In this document: positions 49,260 through 58,555 of the stretch, in pieces
Numbering within the stretch: the stretch's first letter is position 1
How the letters are laid out: each line of letters opens with the position of its first letter
Position numbers and translations under genes: made by a program
Notes under the pieces: model-generated
What the model was told of the DNA's origin: nothing
Database searches by the model: none
What the model saw: only the letters and a program-made list of their open reading frames with translations
Assembly: GCA_018241645.1 (NCBI GenBank)
Contig: JAFEDL010000004.1
Coordinates: 594-64,593, forward strand
From: Pseudomonadota bacterium
GTDB lineage: Bacteria; Pseudomonadota; Gammaproteobacteria; Burkholderiales; SG8-39
Length of the DNA: 64,000 nt
Direction: 5' to 3'

Positions 49260-49726
49260 CCCGGCCGATCGTAGGTATTGCGCACGCGCCTGGACCTTGC
49301 CAGATAGGCTGTCCAGATGCCCGCGCCCACGATGGACGCAAGCAGGCTGGAAATGAACAGCGGTTCCCTGGCGCTTGACTCCCCCAGCGCCAGGAGCGGG
49401 ACAACGAAGCCCATCACCACGACGCCCGCGGGACCGGTAAGCCAGAGAACGAGCATTGCACGCCGCACTGCCAACCAGCGCCTTTCGCGCAGGAGGCCCC
49501 ATCCGGCGTAGGTGCTGAGGGCAGCGATCACGGCTTCGCTGCACCACATGGCCGCCTTGAAGTCTTCCCACCGCGGCAGCGACTGGAGCGCCGGATACTG
49601 GTGCTCCGCGGCCAGCAGGTCGGCGCCGATGCGGATCGCGCCGATGAGCGGCCCGAGGACCAGCATGGCCGCAACCAGCAGCAGCCAGCCGCGGACGCCG
49701 CTCAGGGGCTTTCCGGGCGCGGTCAA
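49256..49726 (-). CDS. Small polytopic membrane protein (DUF2569-like)
   Basis: 156 aa from an in-frame TTG that overlaps the upstream gene's TGA (TTGA). ...SGVRGWLLLVAAMLVLGPLIGAIRIG... with 3-4 hydrophobic segments. Family call is tentative. Confidence 0.5.
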   Translation of the reverse strand: MTAPGKPLSGVRGWLLLVAAMLVLGPLIGAIRIGADLLAAEHQYPALQSLPRWEDFKAAMWCSEAVIAALSTYAGWGLLRERRWLAVRRAMLVLWLTGPAGVVVMGFVVPLLALGESSAREPLFISSLLASIVGAGIWTAYLARSRRVRNTYDRPG

Positions 49727-51327
49727 TGCCAGGCGCTGACCGGCTCGAACATCACGCGCTGGTAGTGCGCAGTGTCGTCGAGTATTCGCGTCACGAGGAT
49801 GCGCTGCTCGCCCACGGGCAGCGGCACGTTGAAGCGTGTTCCCTTTGAAGCCAGTCGCGGCGGCAGGAGCATGATCCCGGCCGCCAGCGGCAGCCCCTGC
49901 GGCTCGGGCAGGATGCCGCGCTTGTAGCGCTCCCCGAAATCGGATTCGCGCCGCGTTGCCTCGTCCCAGACCTGGTTGCCCGCCGTCACATCGAGGCGCA
50001 GCGTCACCGTGCAGGGCTTGGCTGCGAGCACTTGGATCCCAAGGCGCAGCTCCTCGTCGATCGAAAAAATCCGCCGCAGCACCCCGAGGAACCAGTCCCT
50101 GCCGGGTTCGATCAGGACCGCGACCAGCTCGCCGTGCGCCGCCCAGCGTGCATCTGCCCGGCGGATGGCGAGCCCGAGCCCCCCGGCGCTGGCATCGACG
50201 ATCCGGGCCGGCCCGACTTCGGCGGCACGCAATTGGGACCGCTTCAGGCGCTTGCTGGTCCCATCGAGTTTGAGCTGCAGGCGCCGGCGCGCCGCCTCGC
50301 TTGCCCCGTCCGGCGATCTCTCGGGCGCCGGCAGGACGGTGAGCACGCTGCCGTAGCCGGCGAGGATACGGGCCGTCGCCGCCATCCCGATGCGCTTGAC
50401 GCGCCGCCTCGGCGGATCCATGCCCCAGTGCCCGATGACCCTTTCCAGCATGCGATTGCGTTCCCGGATCGTATAGCCGCTCCCGAACAAGGTGTCCTCC
50501 TCGCCGGGCTCGCGCCCCAGGTCGCGCTCCAGTCCGGCCCTCAACCTGGGCAGGCAATTGGCCGTGCCGATGTACAGGAGCGATGCGCCCTTGCCTTCGA
50601 GGAGGCGCCGCAGCGTCGGCCGCGAATCCCCCTTCGGCAGCACCGCGAAATTCGCCTCGTCCGAAGGCGTCGTCTCAAGGCTCACCGCGCTCGCAACCCG
50701 GGCGGCGATGCGGTAGACGAGTTCGACATCCCGCGGGCCGACGGCATCCGGATTGGCCAGTTCGAGCAACAGCGCCCGCGCGTACTCGACCCGGGCGTTG
50801 GTGTTGTACCGGCTGCCCTCATAGGCCGGCACCGCCGTGCGCGCGGCATCGCCTCCTTCGGCCAGGGCGTATCGCCGGTGGAGCCTTTCCCAGATTGCCG
50901 CAGTCAGGGAACTCTGGAGCATGTAGGCAAGCGCCAGGCGGCGGCCGAGCCAGCGCAGGCTGCAGACCGACAGTATCGCGAGATTCTGCGCCACCCACTT
51001 CGAACGCCGCCCGTCGGCATCCAGGACAAGCGCGAAACCATCGGAGAACTCGGACGCGCTGTCCCACATTGCCTGCAGGATGGCCCGGCTGCCGTCGACG
51101 CCTTCCGCAGGACGGCCCGACGGCGCAAGGTATTGCTCCCCCAGGGCGCGCCACAGCGGCCGCGCAGCCTCATGCATCAGCAGCAGGATCCGGCCCCGGC
51201 GGCCGGGTGTGAACGAGCCGGTCGCGTTCATCGTCGCCGTCCAGTTCGTCAGGTCGGCGAGGGCGTGGGTCGGATCGTCCCCGGTCAGCAGCGCAAGGAG
51301 CTTCTTCGCTTCCTCCACCGTGCCCAT
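49723..51327 (-). CDS. Hypothetical 534-aa protein with PilZ-like c-di-GMP-binding signature
   Basis: KRSQLR...IVDASAGGLGLAI...GVLRRIFSIDEELRLGIQVL (residues ~360-430) resembles RxxxR / DxSxxG / ...GIQF of PilZ. The N-terminal ~340 aa were not recognised. Confidence 0.55.
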   Translation of the reverse strand: MGTVEEAKKLLALLTGDDPTHALADLTNWTATMNATGSFTPGRRGRILLLMHEAARPLWRALGEQYLAPSGRPAEGVDGSRAILQAMWDSASEFSDGFALVLDADGRRSKWVAQNLAILSVCSLRWLGRRLALAYMLQSSLTAAIWERLHRRYALAEGGDAARTAVPAYEGSRYNTNARVEYARALLLELANPDAVGPRDVELVYRIAARVASAVSLETTPSDEANFAVLPKGDSRPTLRRLLEGKGASLLYIGTANCLPRLRAGLERDLGREPGEEDTLFGSGYTIRERNRMLERVIGHWGMDPPRRRVKRIGMAATARILAGYGSVLTVLPAPERSPDGASEAARRRLQLKLDGTSKRLKRSQLRAAEVGPARIVDASAGGLGLAIRRADARWAAHGELVAVLIEPGRDWFLGVLRRIFSIDEELRLGIQVLAAKPCTVTLRLDVTAGNQVWDEATRRESDFGERYKRGILPEPQGLPLAAGIMLLPPRLASKGTRFNVPLPVGEQRILVTRILDDTAHYQRVMFEPVSAWH

Positions 51328-51456
51328 CGGGTGATCGGGTTGCTGCCCGCCCCCGAACGCGATATCGCGAAACCGGTCAAGATCGAAGGTAGCGATGGTC
51401 AGGCTCCGTCTGGAATTCGTTCCATCATAGCCCTGCCCTGTCCGACCGGGAATTCC

Positions 51457-52386
51457 CTAGCCTTGGCGGCTCGTCGAAAGGGCCAGGACAACCGCCGCCG
51501 CATCCACGATGTCCTCGACGCTCGCGCCGCGCGACAAGTCGCTGATCGGCTTGGCGAACCCCTGCAGGATCGGCCCGATGGCCCGCGCGCCGGCGAGGTA
51601 CTGGGTAAGCTTGTAGGCGATGTTGCCGGCGTCCAGGTCCGGAAAGACCAGCACGTTCGCGCGCCCTGCGACCGCGCTCGCCTCCTTTACCTTCTTCGCG
51701 GCGACCGCAGGCACCAGCGCTGCATCAGCCTGCAGTTCCCCGTCGATCGCAAGACCCGGAGCCCGCTGCCGAGCGAGCTCAAGCGCACGCAATACCTTGT
51801 CAACGTGCGCGTGCTTTGCACTGCCCTTGGTCGAAAACGACAGCAACGCCACCCGCGGTTCCTCCCCCAGCACCGCGCGGTAACTTTCGGCCGAGGCGAG
51901 CGCGATGTCCGCAAGCTGCTCCGACGTCGGGTCCGCGTTAACGGCGCAGTCCGCATATACCAGCACGCGGTCCGGAAGCACCATGACGAAGAAGCTCGAG
52001 GGCGTCGCGACGCCTTCGGCGAGGCCGACCGTCATCATTCCAGCCTCGATTACACGCGCCGTCGGGTGCGCAACGCCGGCGAGCATGGCCTCGGCGTCCC
52101 CGGCCTTCACCATCAGGCCCGCGTGGAACAGCGGCTTTGCCGCTATGCGCCGCGCGATCTTTGGATTGGAGTCCGGGCGGCCTTTAACGTAGAGCGCAGC
52201 ATAGGCATCGAGCTTGCCGCTCGCGTCGACTTCTCCCAGCACGATCGGCTCGGCGATCCCCTCCTCGCGCAGGCGATGGGCCGCGGCAACGATGCGCGCG
52301 TCGCCGCCCTCCGGAAACACGACCCTGAGGCCCCGACCGCGGATCTTCTCGATGCAGCGGCCGACGACATCGCTGGAGGCAGCCAT
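51457..52386 (-). CDS. pta: Phosphate acetyltransferase (short, PTA_PTB-only form)
   Basis: 309 aa from internal Met [33 protein letters not shown] of track ORF 51457..52533. ...ADCAVNADP...[12 protein letters not shown]...[14 protein letters not shown]. Confidence 0.85.
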   Translation of the reverse strand: MAASSDVVGRCIEKIRGRGLRVVFPEGGDARIVAAAHRLREEGIAEPIVLGEVDASGKLDAYAALYVKGRPDSNPKIARRIAAKPLFHAGLMVKAGDAEAMLAGVAHPTARVIEAGMMTVGLAEGVATPSSFFVMVLPDRVLVYADCAVNADPTSEQLADIALASAESYRAVLGEEPRVALLSFSTKGSAKHAHVDKVLRALELARQRAPGLAIDGELQADAALVPAVAAKKVKEASAVAGRANVLVFPDLDAGNIAYKLTQYLAGARAIGPILQGFAKPISDLSRGASVEDIVDAAAVVLALSTSRQG

Positions 52387-52388
52387 TT

Positions 52389-54725
52389 CTAGGCGAACTT
52401 CGCGGCTCGCGCGGCGGGCTGGCCCGCGCGGGCCGCCTGCAACGCCTCCCACACGCGAACAACGGTCGCCGGCATGTCGAAGTGCGTCACCCCGGCCTGG
52501 CCCAGCGCGTCGATGATGGCATTCATGATGCACGGCATCGAGCCGGTGACGCCGGCTTCGCCGACGCCTTTGGCGCCGAGCGGATTGGTCTTGGTGGGCA
52601 CCGGGTGGTGGATCACGCGGAGCCCGTCGACGAGGATCGCGCGCGGCATCGGGTAGTCCATGAACGAGCCGGTCAGGAGCTGCCCCGTCTCCCGGTCGTA
52701 GACCGCCTGCTCGCCGAGGATGTGCCCCGCCCCCTGGGTGATCCCGCCCTGCATCTGGCCTTCGACCAGCTGCGGGTTGATGATGTTGCCCGCATCGTCG
52801 CAGGCGAGGTAGGACACGACTTCGACCTCGCCGGTCTCGGGCAGGATCTCGACCTCGGCGATGTGGCAGCCGTTGGGGAACGTCGACCCGAACCGGTTGG
52901 CATAGTCCTGGTCGAGCGGATGCGGCTTTTCGCCCGCGTGCTTCCTGGCGAGCGCGACCATGGACACCTGCCGGTCGGTCCCGGTGACCCGGTAGTTCCC
53001 TTCCGCGAATTCGATATCCGCCGCCGCGGCCTCGAGTTCCTCGGACGCGAGTTCCAGGCCTTTCTTCACGACCTCCCTCGCGGCCAGCTGCAGCACGCTG
53101 CCTACGCCCAGCAGCGACCGCGACCCGCCGGTCGGGTTCCCGGTCAGGTTCTGGTCGGGGTCCGCCGTGCGCAGCCGGATCGACTCCATCGGCACGCCGA
53201 GCACTGCGGAAACGATCTGCGCATAAGCGGTCTCGTGGCCCTGCCCGTGCGAATGGGAGGTCGCCTCCAGCGTGATGGAGGCATCGGCGCCCCAGCGCAC
53301 TTTCACTTCATCCTGCGGCGCCATGCCGCCCCCGCCGCTGGCTTCGATGTAACAGGACATCCCCCTGCCCCGCAGGCGGCCGCGCGCGGCGGACGCAGCG
53401 CGGCGCTGCGCGAATCCGTTCCAGTCGGCTGCGGCCAGTGCGTCGTCGAGCACGCCTTCGAAGTCGCCGCAGTCGTACTCGAACCCGGTGACGATCTTGT
53501 ACGGGAATTTCGACTTCGGCACGAGGTTCCTGCGGCGCAATTCGGCCGGATCCATGCCGATCTGGCGCGCCGCCTCGTCCACCAGGCGCTCGATCGCGTA
53601 GGAACTCACCGGCCGTCCGGCGCCGCGGTAGGCTGCCGTGGGGATCGTGTTCGTGAAGGCGAGGCTCGCATGCACGTGCACCGCCTGCACGTCGTAGACC
53701 CCGCTTACCACGTTCACGAGGTTGAGCGTGTTCACGAAGGCGCCCGTGGGCGCGATGTAGGCCCCGAGGTTGCAGGTGAAGTCGAAGCGCATGCCGAGGA
53801 TCCGCCCGTCTGCGTCCAGGGCCATTTCGCTGTGGTGGAGCACGTCGCGCGCCTGCTCGTCGGCGAGGAACATTTCCGAGCGCGTGCCCACCCACTTGAC
53901 CGGCCGGCCGAGCTTTTTCGCCGCCAGCAGGGCGGCGCAGTATTCCGGATAGAGGTTGAAGCGCACCCCGAACCCGCCCCCCACCTCTTCCGCAACAATG
54001 CGGATCCGCTCCGGCGGCACCCCGAGCACGGTGGAGATCTGGTTGCGCATCACAGACGCACCCTGCGTGCACGAGTGCAGGTAATACATGTCGGTCGCCG
54101 CATCGTAGCTGCCGATGCAGGTGCGCGGCTCCATCGGATTGCCGACGACGCGGGTGTGATAGGCATCGAGCTTGACGACGTGCGCGGCCTTACCGAACGC
54201 TGCCGCGGTGGCCGCCTCGTCGCCGCCAACGAAATCCAGCGCAAGGTTGCCGGGAACGTCGTCGTGCACCAGTGGCGCACCGGGTACGATCGCGTCCTTG
54301 GCGTCGAACACCGCGGGCAGCTCCTCGTAGTCGACGAGCACCGCCTCCGCCGCGTCCTGGGCCTGCACCGCGGTCTCCGCAACGACCAGCGCAATGGGTT
54401 CGCCCACGTAGCGCACGCGACCGGCCGCGAGGGTGGGCCGGTGAGGGATGATGAGGTCGGCGCCGTTGCGGCCCTTCATCGGCGCGAACGCGGGCAGCGA
54501 CTTGTACCCGGCCGCCGCTACGTCGTCCCCCGTGAGCACTGCAATGACGCCGGGCATGCCGAGCGCAGCCGAGGCATCGATCGAAGCAATGCGCGCGTGC
54601 GGCCGGTCCGACCGCATGAAGCAGCCGTGTGCCTGCCCGGGCAGGTTCCAGTCGGATACGTAGCGCCCGCGGCCGGTAAGCATGCGCGCATCCTCGAGGC
54701 GCCCCTTGTGTCCAAAACTCTGCAT
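52389..54725 (-). CDS. Molybdopterin-binding large subunit of the xanthine dehydrogenase/CoxL family, form-II-like
   Basis: ~778 aa from [25 protein letters not shown] (track ORF starts 16 codons earlier). Active-site loop AYRGAGR at 53613..53633. The stop is 2 nt before the pta start. Confidence 0.88.
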   Translation of the reverse strand: MQSFGHKGRLEDARMLTGRGRYVSDWNLPGQAHGCFMRSDRPHARIASIDASAALGMPGVIAVLTGDDVAAAGYKSLPAFAPMKGRNGADLIIPHRPTLAAGRVRYVGEPIALVVAETAVQAQDAAEAVLVDYEELPAVFDAKDAIVPGAPLVHDDVPGNLALDFVGGDEAATAAAFGKAAHVVKLDAYHTRVVGNPMEPRTCIGSYDAATDMYYLHSCTQGASVMRNQISTVLGVPPERIRIVAEEVGGGFGVRFNLYPEYCAALLAAKKLGRPVKWVGTRSEMFLADEQARDVLHHSEMALDADGRILGMRFDFTCNLGAYIAPTGAFVNTLNLVNVVSGVYDVQAVHVHASLAFTNTIPTAAYRGAGRPVSSYAIERLVDEAARQIGMDPAELRRRNLVPKSKFPYKIVTGFEYDCGDFEGVLDDALAAADWNGFAQRRAASAARGRLRGRGMSCYIEASGGGGMAPQDEVKVRWGADASITLEATSHSHGQGHETAYAQIVSAVLGVPMESIRLRTADPDQNLTGNPTGGSRSLLGVGSVLQLAAREVVKKGLELASEELEAAAADIEFAEGNYRVTGTDRQVSMVALARKHAGEKPHPLDQDYANRFGSTFPNGCHIAEVEILPETGEVEVVSYLACDDAGNIINPQLVEGQMQGGITQGAGHILGEQAVYDRETGQLLTGSFMDYPMPRAILVDGLRVIHHPVPTKTNPLGAKGVGEAGVTGSMPCIMNAIIDALGQAGVTHFDMPATVVRVWEALQAARAGQPAARAAKFA

Positions 54726-54785
54726 GAATTCAGCTCCGCAAAAAAGCCCGCTCAGGGCGGGCCCGGTCATCAATGGATACGCTGC

Positions 54786-55448
54786 CTACTTCTGCCCGGT
54801 CTTCGCCTTGACGTAGTCCGCCAGCACCGCCACGTCGCTGTTGGACGGCTGGCGCCTGGCCATTTCGGCCACGACCGGCTTCATCTCGCCATACAACTGG
54901 TTGTCCTGCAGGACTGAGTACAGGTACAGCTCGGGCGTGATGTCGTCATCGGGGGTTTCCGCGCGCAGCTTGGCATAGGTCTCGCGCGCCTCGCGCACCT
55001 CGGCCTGCTGCTGGGGCGTCAGGCGCGGATCGCGGGGTGCGCCGCGCGCGCCGGCGTGCGCCGAGCTGCCCAGCCTCGCGATCTGCACCAGTTCCGGGGT
55101 CTGCGAGATTTTCTGCGGCACACCGCTGGGCAGCATGCTGACTTGCGGCTGGGCGCCTTGCTGCACCGCACTCTGTTGCGCGCCGACCCTGAAGACTGCC
55201 GGGCCGCTGAAGGACTCCTGCCGCCCGCTGCGGAAGTAGACGACCTTGAGCACCACGCCGGCGGGCACTTCGAACGTGTCGCCCTCGTGGATGTTCATGT
55301 AGGCCTGCGCCTTCGAAGTGCTGGCGCCGCTGGTGACGGCGACGTACCCGGCCAGGTGGTTCACCACACCCACGTCCCCTGCGGCAAGCGCCGCGGCGGC
55401 CGGAGCCAGCGCCAGTACAAGCGCGGCCGGCCGGGCCCAGCGGTTCAT
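54786..55448 (-). CDS. Secreted hypothetical protein, N-terminal FecR-like beta domain
   Basis: 220 aa from internal Met MNRWARPAALVLALAPAAAALAAG (signal peptide). GDVGVVNHLAGYVAVTSG...IHEGDTFEVPAGVVLKVVYFRSG resembles FecR-type folds. The ATG overlaps the usp stop. Confidence 0.5.
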   Translation of the reverse strand: MNRWARPAALVLALAPAAAALAAGDVGVVNHLAGYVAVTSGASTSKAQAYMNIHEGDTFEVPAGVVLKVVYFRSGRQESFSGPAVFRVGAQQSAVQQGAQPQVSMLPSGVPQKISQTPELVQIARLGSSAHAGARGAPRDPRLTPQQQAEVREARETYAKLRAETPDDDITPELYLYSVLQDNQLYGEMKPVVAEMARRQPSNSDVAVLADYVKAKTGQK

Positions 55449-55888
55449 TTTGGCTTGGAGAGCGAGATCAGCACGCTGCACGGCGCGTAGTCGAGGAGCG
55501 AGGCGCCGACCGAGCCCTTCCACCAGCGGGCGGCAAAAGACGTGTTCTGGTTATGCCCGACGACGATCAGGTCCGCGCCCAGTTCCTTGGCAAGGCGGCA
55601 GATCTCCTCCACGGGCTCGCCCACGGCCAGGTGCCCGGTGGACTTGAACCCCTTGTCGGTGAGGGACTGGATGCCCTCGTCGAGGACGACCTGGGTGCGC
55701 TTCTTCTCCTCCTCGAGGAGTTCCTCGGGCACGAAGCCTTCCGTCAGGAAAAGGCTGGGCGGCATGCTGGCCACGGCCAGCAGGTGGGTCTCGGCATGGT
55801 GGAATTCCGCGAACTCGGCGCATTCGAGCAGCGCGCGCTTGCCTTCCTGCGAGCCGTTATATGCGAGGAGAATCTTCTGGTATTTCAT
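55445..55888 (-). CDS. Universal stress protein (UspA family)
   Basis: 147 aa. MKYQKILLAYNGSQEGKRAL...ADLIVVGHN...GSVGASLLDYAPCSVLI. Confidence 0.85.
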   Translation of the reverse strand: MKYQKILLAYNGSQEGKRALLECAEFAEFHHAETHLLAVASMPPSLFLTEGFVPEELLEEEKKRTQVVLDEGIQSLTDKGFKSTGHLAVGEPVEEICRLAKELGADLIVVGHNQNTSFAARWWKGSVGASLLDYAPCSVLISLSKPK

Positions 55889-55915
55889 GTGTGCCTCCTT
55901 CGATTCGCCGCAACC

Positions 55916-56884
55916 CTACTTCGCCAACAGGCCGAGCCGTTCAATAGTAGCGCGTTCTTCGGTGAACGTCGCGGCCGCCCATTTTGCGTAATCCTCGCTC
56001 GACTTGTACCAGTAGACCTGGTCGAACTGCTGCAGGACCTTCATGTGGTCGGGGTCGTCCAGGGCTTTCTTGAACGCATCGTGCAGCTGCCTCACCAGCT
56101 TCGGGTCCATTCCCCTGGGCGCCACGATTCCGTACGGGGAATAGGACACGATGTTGATGCCCAGCTCCTTCGCCGTCGGGGCATTCCACTTGGTGCGCTG
56201 CTCGCCGAAGGTGACCAGCAGCCGGAACGTCCCGGCCTCGACGTGCCGCGACCACCCCGTCGCGTCGGACTGTGCCATCACGTGCCCGCCCAGCAGCGCC
56301 TGGGTCGAGTCGGCGTTGCCCTTGAACGGCACGTGCAGGAACTGCACCCCGGACTTGTTGCCCAGTTCCTCCATGAGCAGGTGCGGCGAAGTGCCGGTGC
56401 CGGTCGAGCCGTAGGAGAACCTGCCCGGATTGGCCCTGGCGTATTCGATAACGTCCTTGAGCGCCTTGAACTGGGAATCCGACTTCACGACCACCCCGAA
56501 CGTGTAGCCGGTCAGGCCGATGATGTAGGTGAAGTCCTTGAGGGGGTCCCAGTCGACCTTCTGCATGTGCGGGATGCGGAACGCGCCTACGGGCAATTGC
56601 GAGAGGGAGTAGCCGTCGGCCTTCTGGGTCTTCGCCATGACGCCGGGCCCGAGCATGCCCCCGCCGCCCGGCTTGTTCTCGATGATGATGTTCTGGCCCA
56701 CGTACCTGGAGGCGATCTCGGCGAACTTGCGCAAGTGGGTGTCGGTCGAGCCGCCCGCGGGCCAGGGGCAGATCAGCGAAATGGGCCGGGTCGGGAATGC
56801 CTGCGCCAGGGCGCACCCCGCCGCCAGCAGCGCGGAGGCGGCCAGCACGGCCGAGGCTGCGCGAACCCTTGGGTGAACCGGCAT
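55916..56884 (-). CDS. Bug/TctC-family substrate-binding protein
   Basis: 322 aa from internal Met MPVHPRVRAASAVLAASALLAAG. FPTRPISLICPWPAGGSTDTHLR...ENKPGGGG. Confidence 0.85.
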   Translation of the reverse strand: MPVHPRVRAASAVLAASALLAAGCALAQAFPTRPISLICPWPAGGSTDTHLRKFAEIASRYVGQNIIIENKPGGGGMLGPGVMAKTQKADGYSLSQLPVGAFRIPHMQKVDWDPLKDFTYIIGLTGYTFGVVVKSDSQFKALKDVIEYARANPGRFSYGSTGTGTSPHLLMEELGNKSGVQFLHVPFKGNADSTQALLGGHVMAQSDATGWSRHVEAGTFRLLVTFGEQRTKWNAPTAKELGINIVSYSPYGIVAPRGMDPKLVRQLHDAFKKALDDPDHMKVLQQFDQVYWYKSSEDYAKWAAATFTEERATIERLGLLAK

Positions 56885-57041
56885 GGCGCGTCTCCTTCCT
56901 TTTATGTTTTTTGTGGTGCGCACAGATTATACTCAGTGCCGGGGATCGCCCGCTGTTTCGCTGCGGGCGCCGGCCCGCCTCCCGACGGCCGCTAGAATCG
57001 TGGCCTCCCCCGATCAATCAACCTATCGTGGAATCAAGCAA

Positions 57042-58553
57042 ATGCTAGACGTATCGCGCAAGGACCTCATCGCCGGCGTGGCCGGCAGCGGCACCATGGG
57101 CCGCGGCATCATCCAGGTGCTCGCGCAGTGCGGCGTGCGGGTTCTGGTGTTCGACGCCAAGTCCGGCGCCGCGCAGGCGGGCAAGGACTCCATCGCGCAG
57201 TCGCTCGCCAAGCTCGTGGAAAAAGGCCGCGTCAAGCAGAAGGACGCCGACGCCACGCTCGCCCGGATCGAGATCGTCGGCGACCTCAAGGCCTTTGCGC
57301 CCTGCCACCTCGTCGTCGAGGCAATCATCGAAGTCCTGCAGGTCAAGCGCGAGTTCTTCACCGCGCTGGAAGGCATAGTGAGCGAGGACTGCATCATCGC
57401 CTCGAACACCTCGTCGCTCTCGGTCACCGCGATGGCCGCCGGCCTAAAAAAGCCTGGCCGCGTCGCGGGATACCATTTCTTCAACCCCGTGCCGGTCATG
57501 AAGATCGTCGAGGTCGTCGGCGGCGTGCTCACCGAACCCTGGGTCACCGAGGCGCTGACCGAACTCGCCAAGCGCTATGGCCACACGCCGGTCAACTGCC
57601 AGGACACGCCCGGGTTCATCGTCAACCACGCCGGGCGCGGTTTCGTGCCGGAGTCGCTGCGCATCTATTCCGAGGGCATCGCGGAGCCCGCGGTGATCGA
57701 CCGGATCCTGGTGGATGCGGCCGGCTTCAGGCTCGGGCCCTTCGGCCTGATGGACCTCGTAGGCCTCGACATCGCGCACGGCGTGATGAAGTCGATGTAC
57801 GACCAGTATTACCAGGAGCCGCGCTACCGGCCATCGTTCGTTTCGGACCCGCGCGTAGCCGCCGGGCTGCTGGGACGCAAGACCGGGCGCGGCTGGTACG
57901 AATACAAGGACGGCAACCTAGTGCCGGAACCGGAGTCCTCCGCCCCGCCGGCGCGCCCGACCTCGGTGTGGATTGCCCCCGATGCCCCTGCGCTCAAGGA
58001 GTTGATCGGCCGGCTCAACGTCAAGTCCGAGTCGGGCTCGAAACCCTCGCCGGACGCGCTGTGCCTCGTCGCGCCGCTGGGCAAGGATGCAACCACCTCG
58101 GCCATCGAGCACGGGCTGGATGCGGAGCGCACCGTGGCCGTCGACCCGCTGTTCGGCTTCACCAAGCGACGCACGATCATGACCACGCCGATCACCAAGT
58201 CGGCCTACCGCGCCATGGCGCACGGCCTGCTGGCCGCCGACGGCGTGCCGGTGTCGGTGATCAAGGACTCCGCCGGGTTCGTCGCCCAGCGCGTGGTGGC
58301 GCACATCGTGAACGTGGGCTGCGACATCGCCCAGCAGAACATCGCCACGCCGGAAGACCTGGACCGCGCCGTGGTGCTCGGCCTGGGCTACCCGCACGGG
58401 CCGCTCGCCATGGGCGATGCGGTCGGCGCCGCGAAGATCCTCGCCGTGCTGGAGGCCATGTACGACTTCTACAAGGAACCGCGCTACCGCCCGAGCCCCT
58501 GGCTCACGCGCCGCGCGCGGCTCGGCGTTTCCCTGCTTACCCCGGAGAACTGA
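57042..58553 (+). CDS. 3-hydroxyacyl-CoA dehydrogenase, long form with duplicated C-terminal domain
   Basis: 503 aa from internal ATG (residue 54 of track ORF 56883..58553). IAGVAGSGTMGRGI Rossmann motif, SNTSSL, HFFNPVPVMKIVEV, and a second GFVAQRV...LGLGYPHGP repeat. Confidence 0.9.
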   Translation: MLDVSRKDLIAGVAGSGTMGRGIIQVLAQCGVRVLVFDAKSGAAQAGKDSIAQSLAKLVEKGRVKQKDADATLARIEIVGDLKAFAPCHLVVEAIIEVLQVKREFFTALEGIVSEDCIIASNTSSLSVTAMAAGLKKPGRVAGYHFFNPVPVMKIVEVVGGVLTEPWVTEALTELAKRYGHTPVNCQDTPGFIVNHAGRGFVPESLRIYSEGIAEPAVIDRILVDAAGFRLGPFGLMDLVGLDIAHGVMKSMYDQYYQEPRYRPSFVSDPRVAAGLLGRKTGRGWYEYKDGNLVPEPESSAPPARPTSVWIAPDAPALKELIGRLNVKSESGSKPSPDALCLVAPLGKDATTSAIEHGLDAERTVAVDPLFGFTKRRTIMTTPITKSAYRAMAHGLLAADGVPVSVIKDSAGFVAQRVVAHIVNVGCDIAQQNIATPEDLDRAVVLGLGYPHGPLAMGDAVGAAKILAVLEAMYDFYKEPRYRPSPWLTRRARLGVSLLTPEN

Positions 58554-58555
58554 AC

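Noticed and set aside
51328-51456. Perfect palindrome CGCGATATCGCG in the gap between pta and the PilZ-like gene.
   Set aside because: It is a single occurrence with no adjacent regulator gene, and a CG-rich arm palindrome is plausible by chance. It is noted only as a possible site and not called.
50032-54917. Plus-strand ORFs of 786 aa and 811 aa (50032..52392, 52482..54917), and similar ones at 38834..40720 and 43769..45199.
   Set aside because: They are antisense to the PilZ-like/pta, CoxL-like, xsc and GMC oxidoreductase genes. They have low-complexity Arg/His/Asp-rich translations and are judged non-coding.
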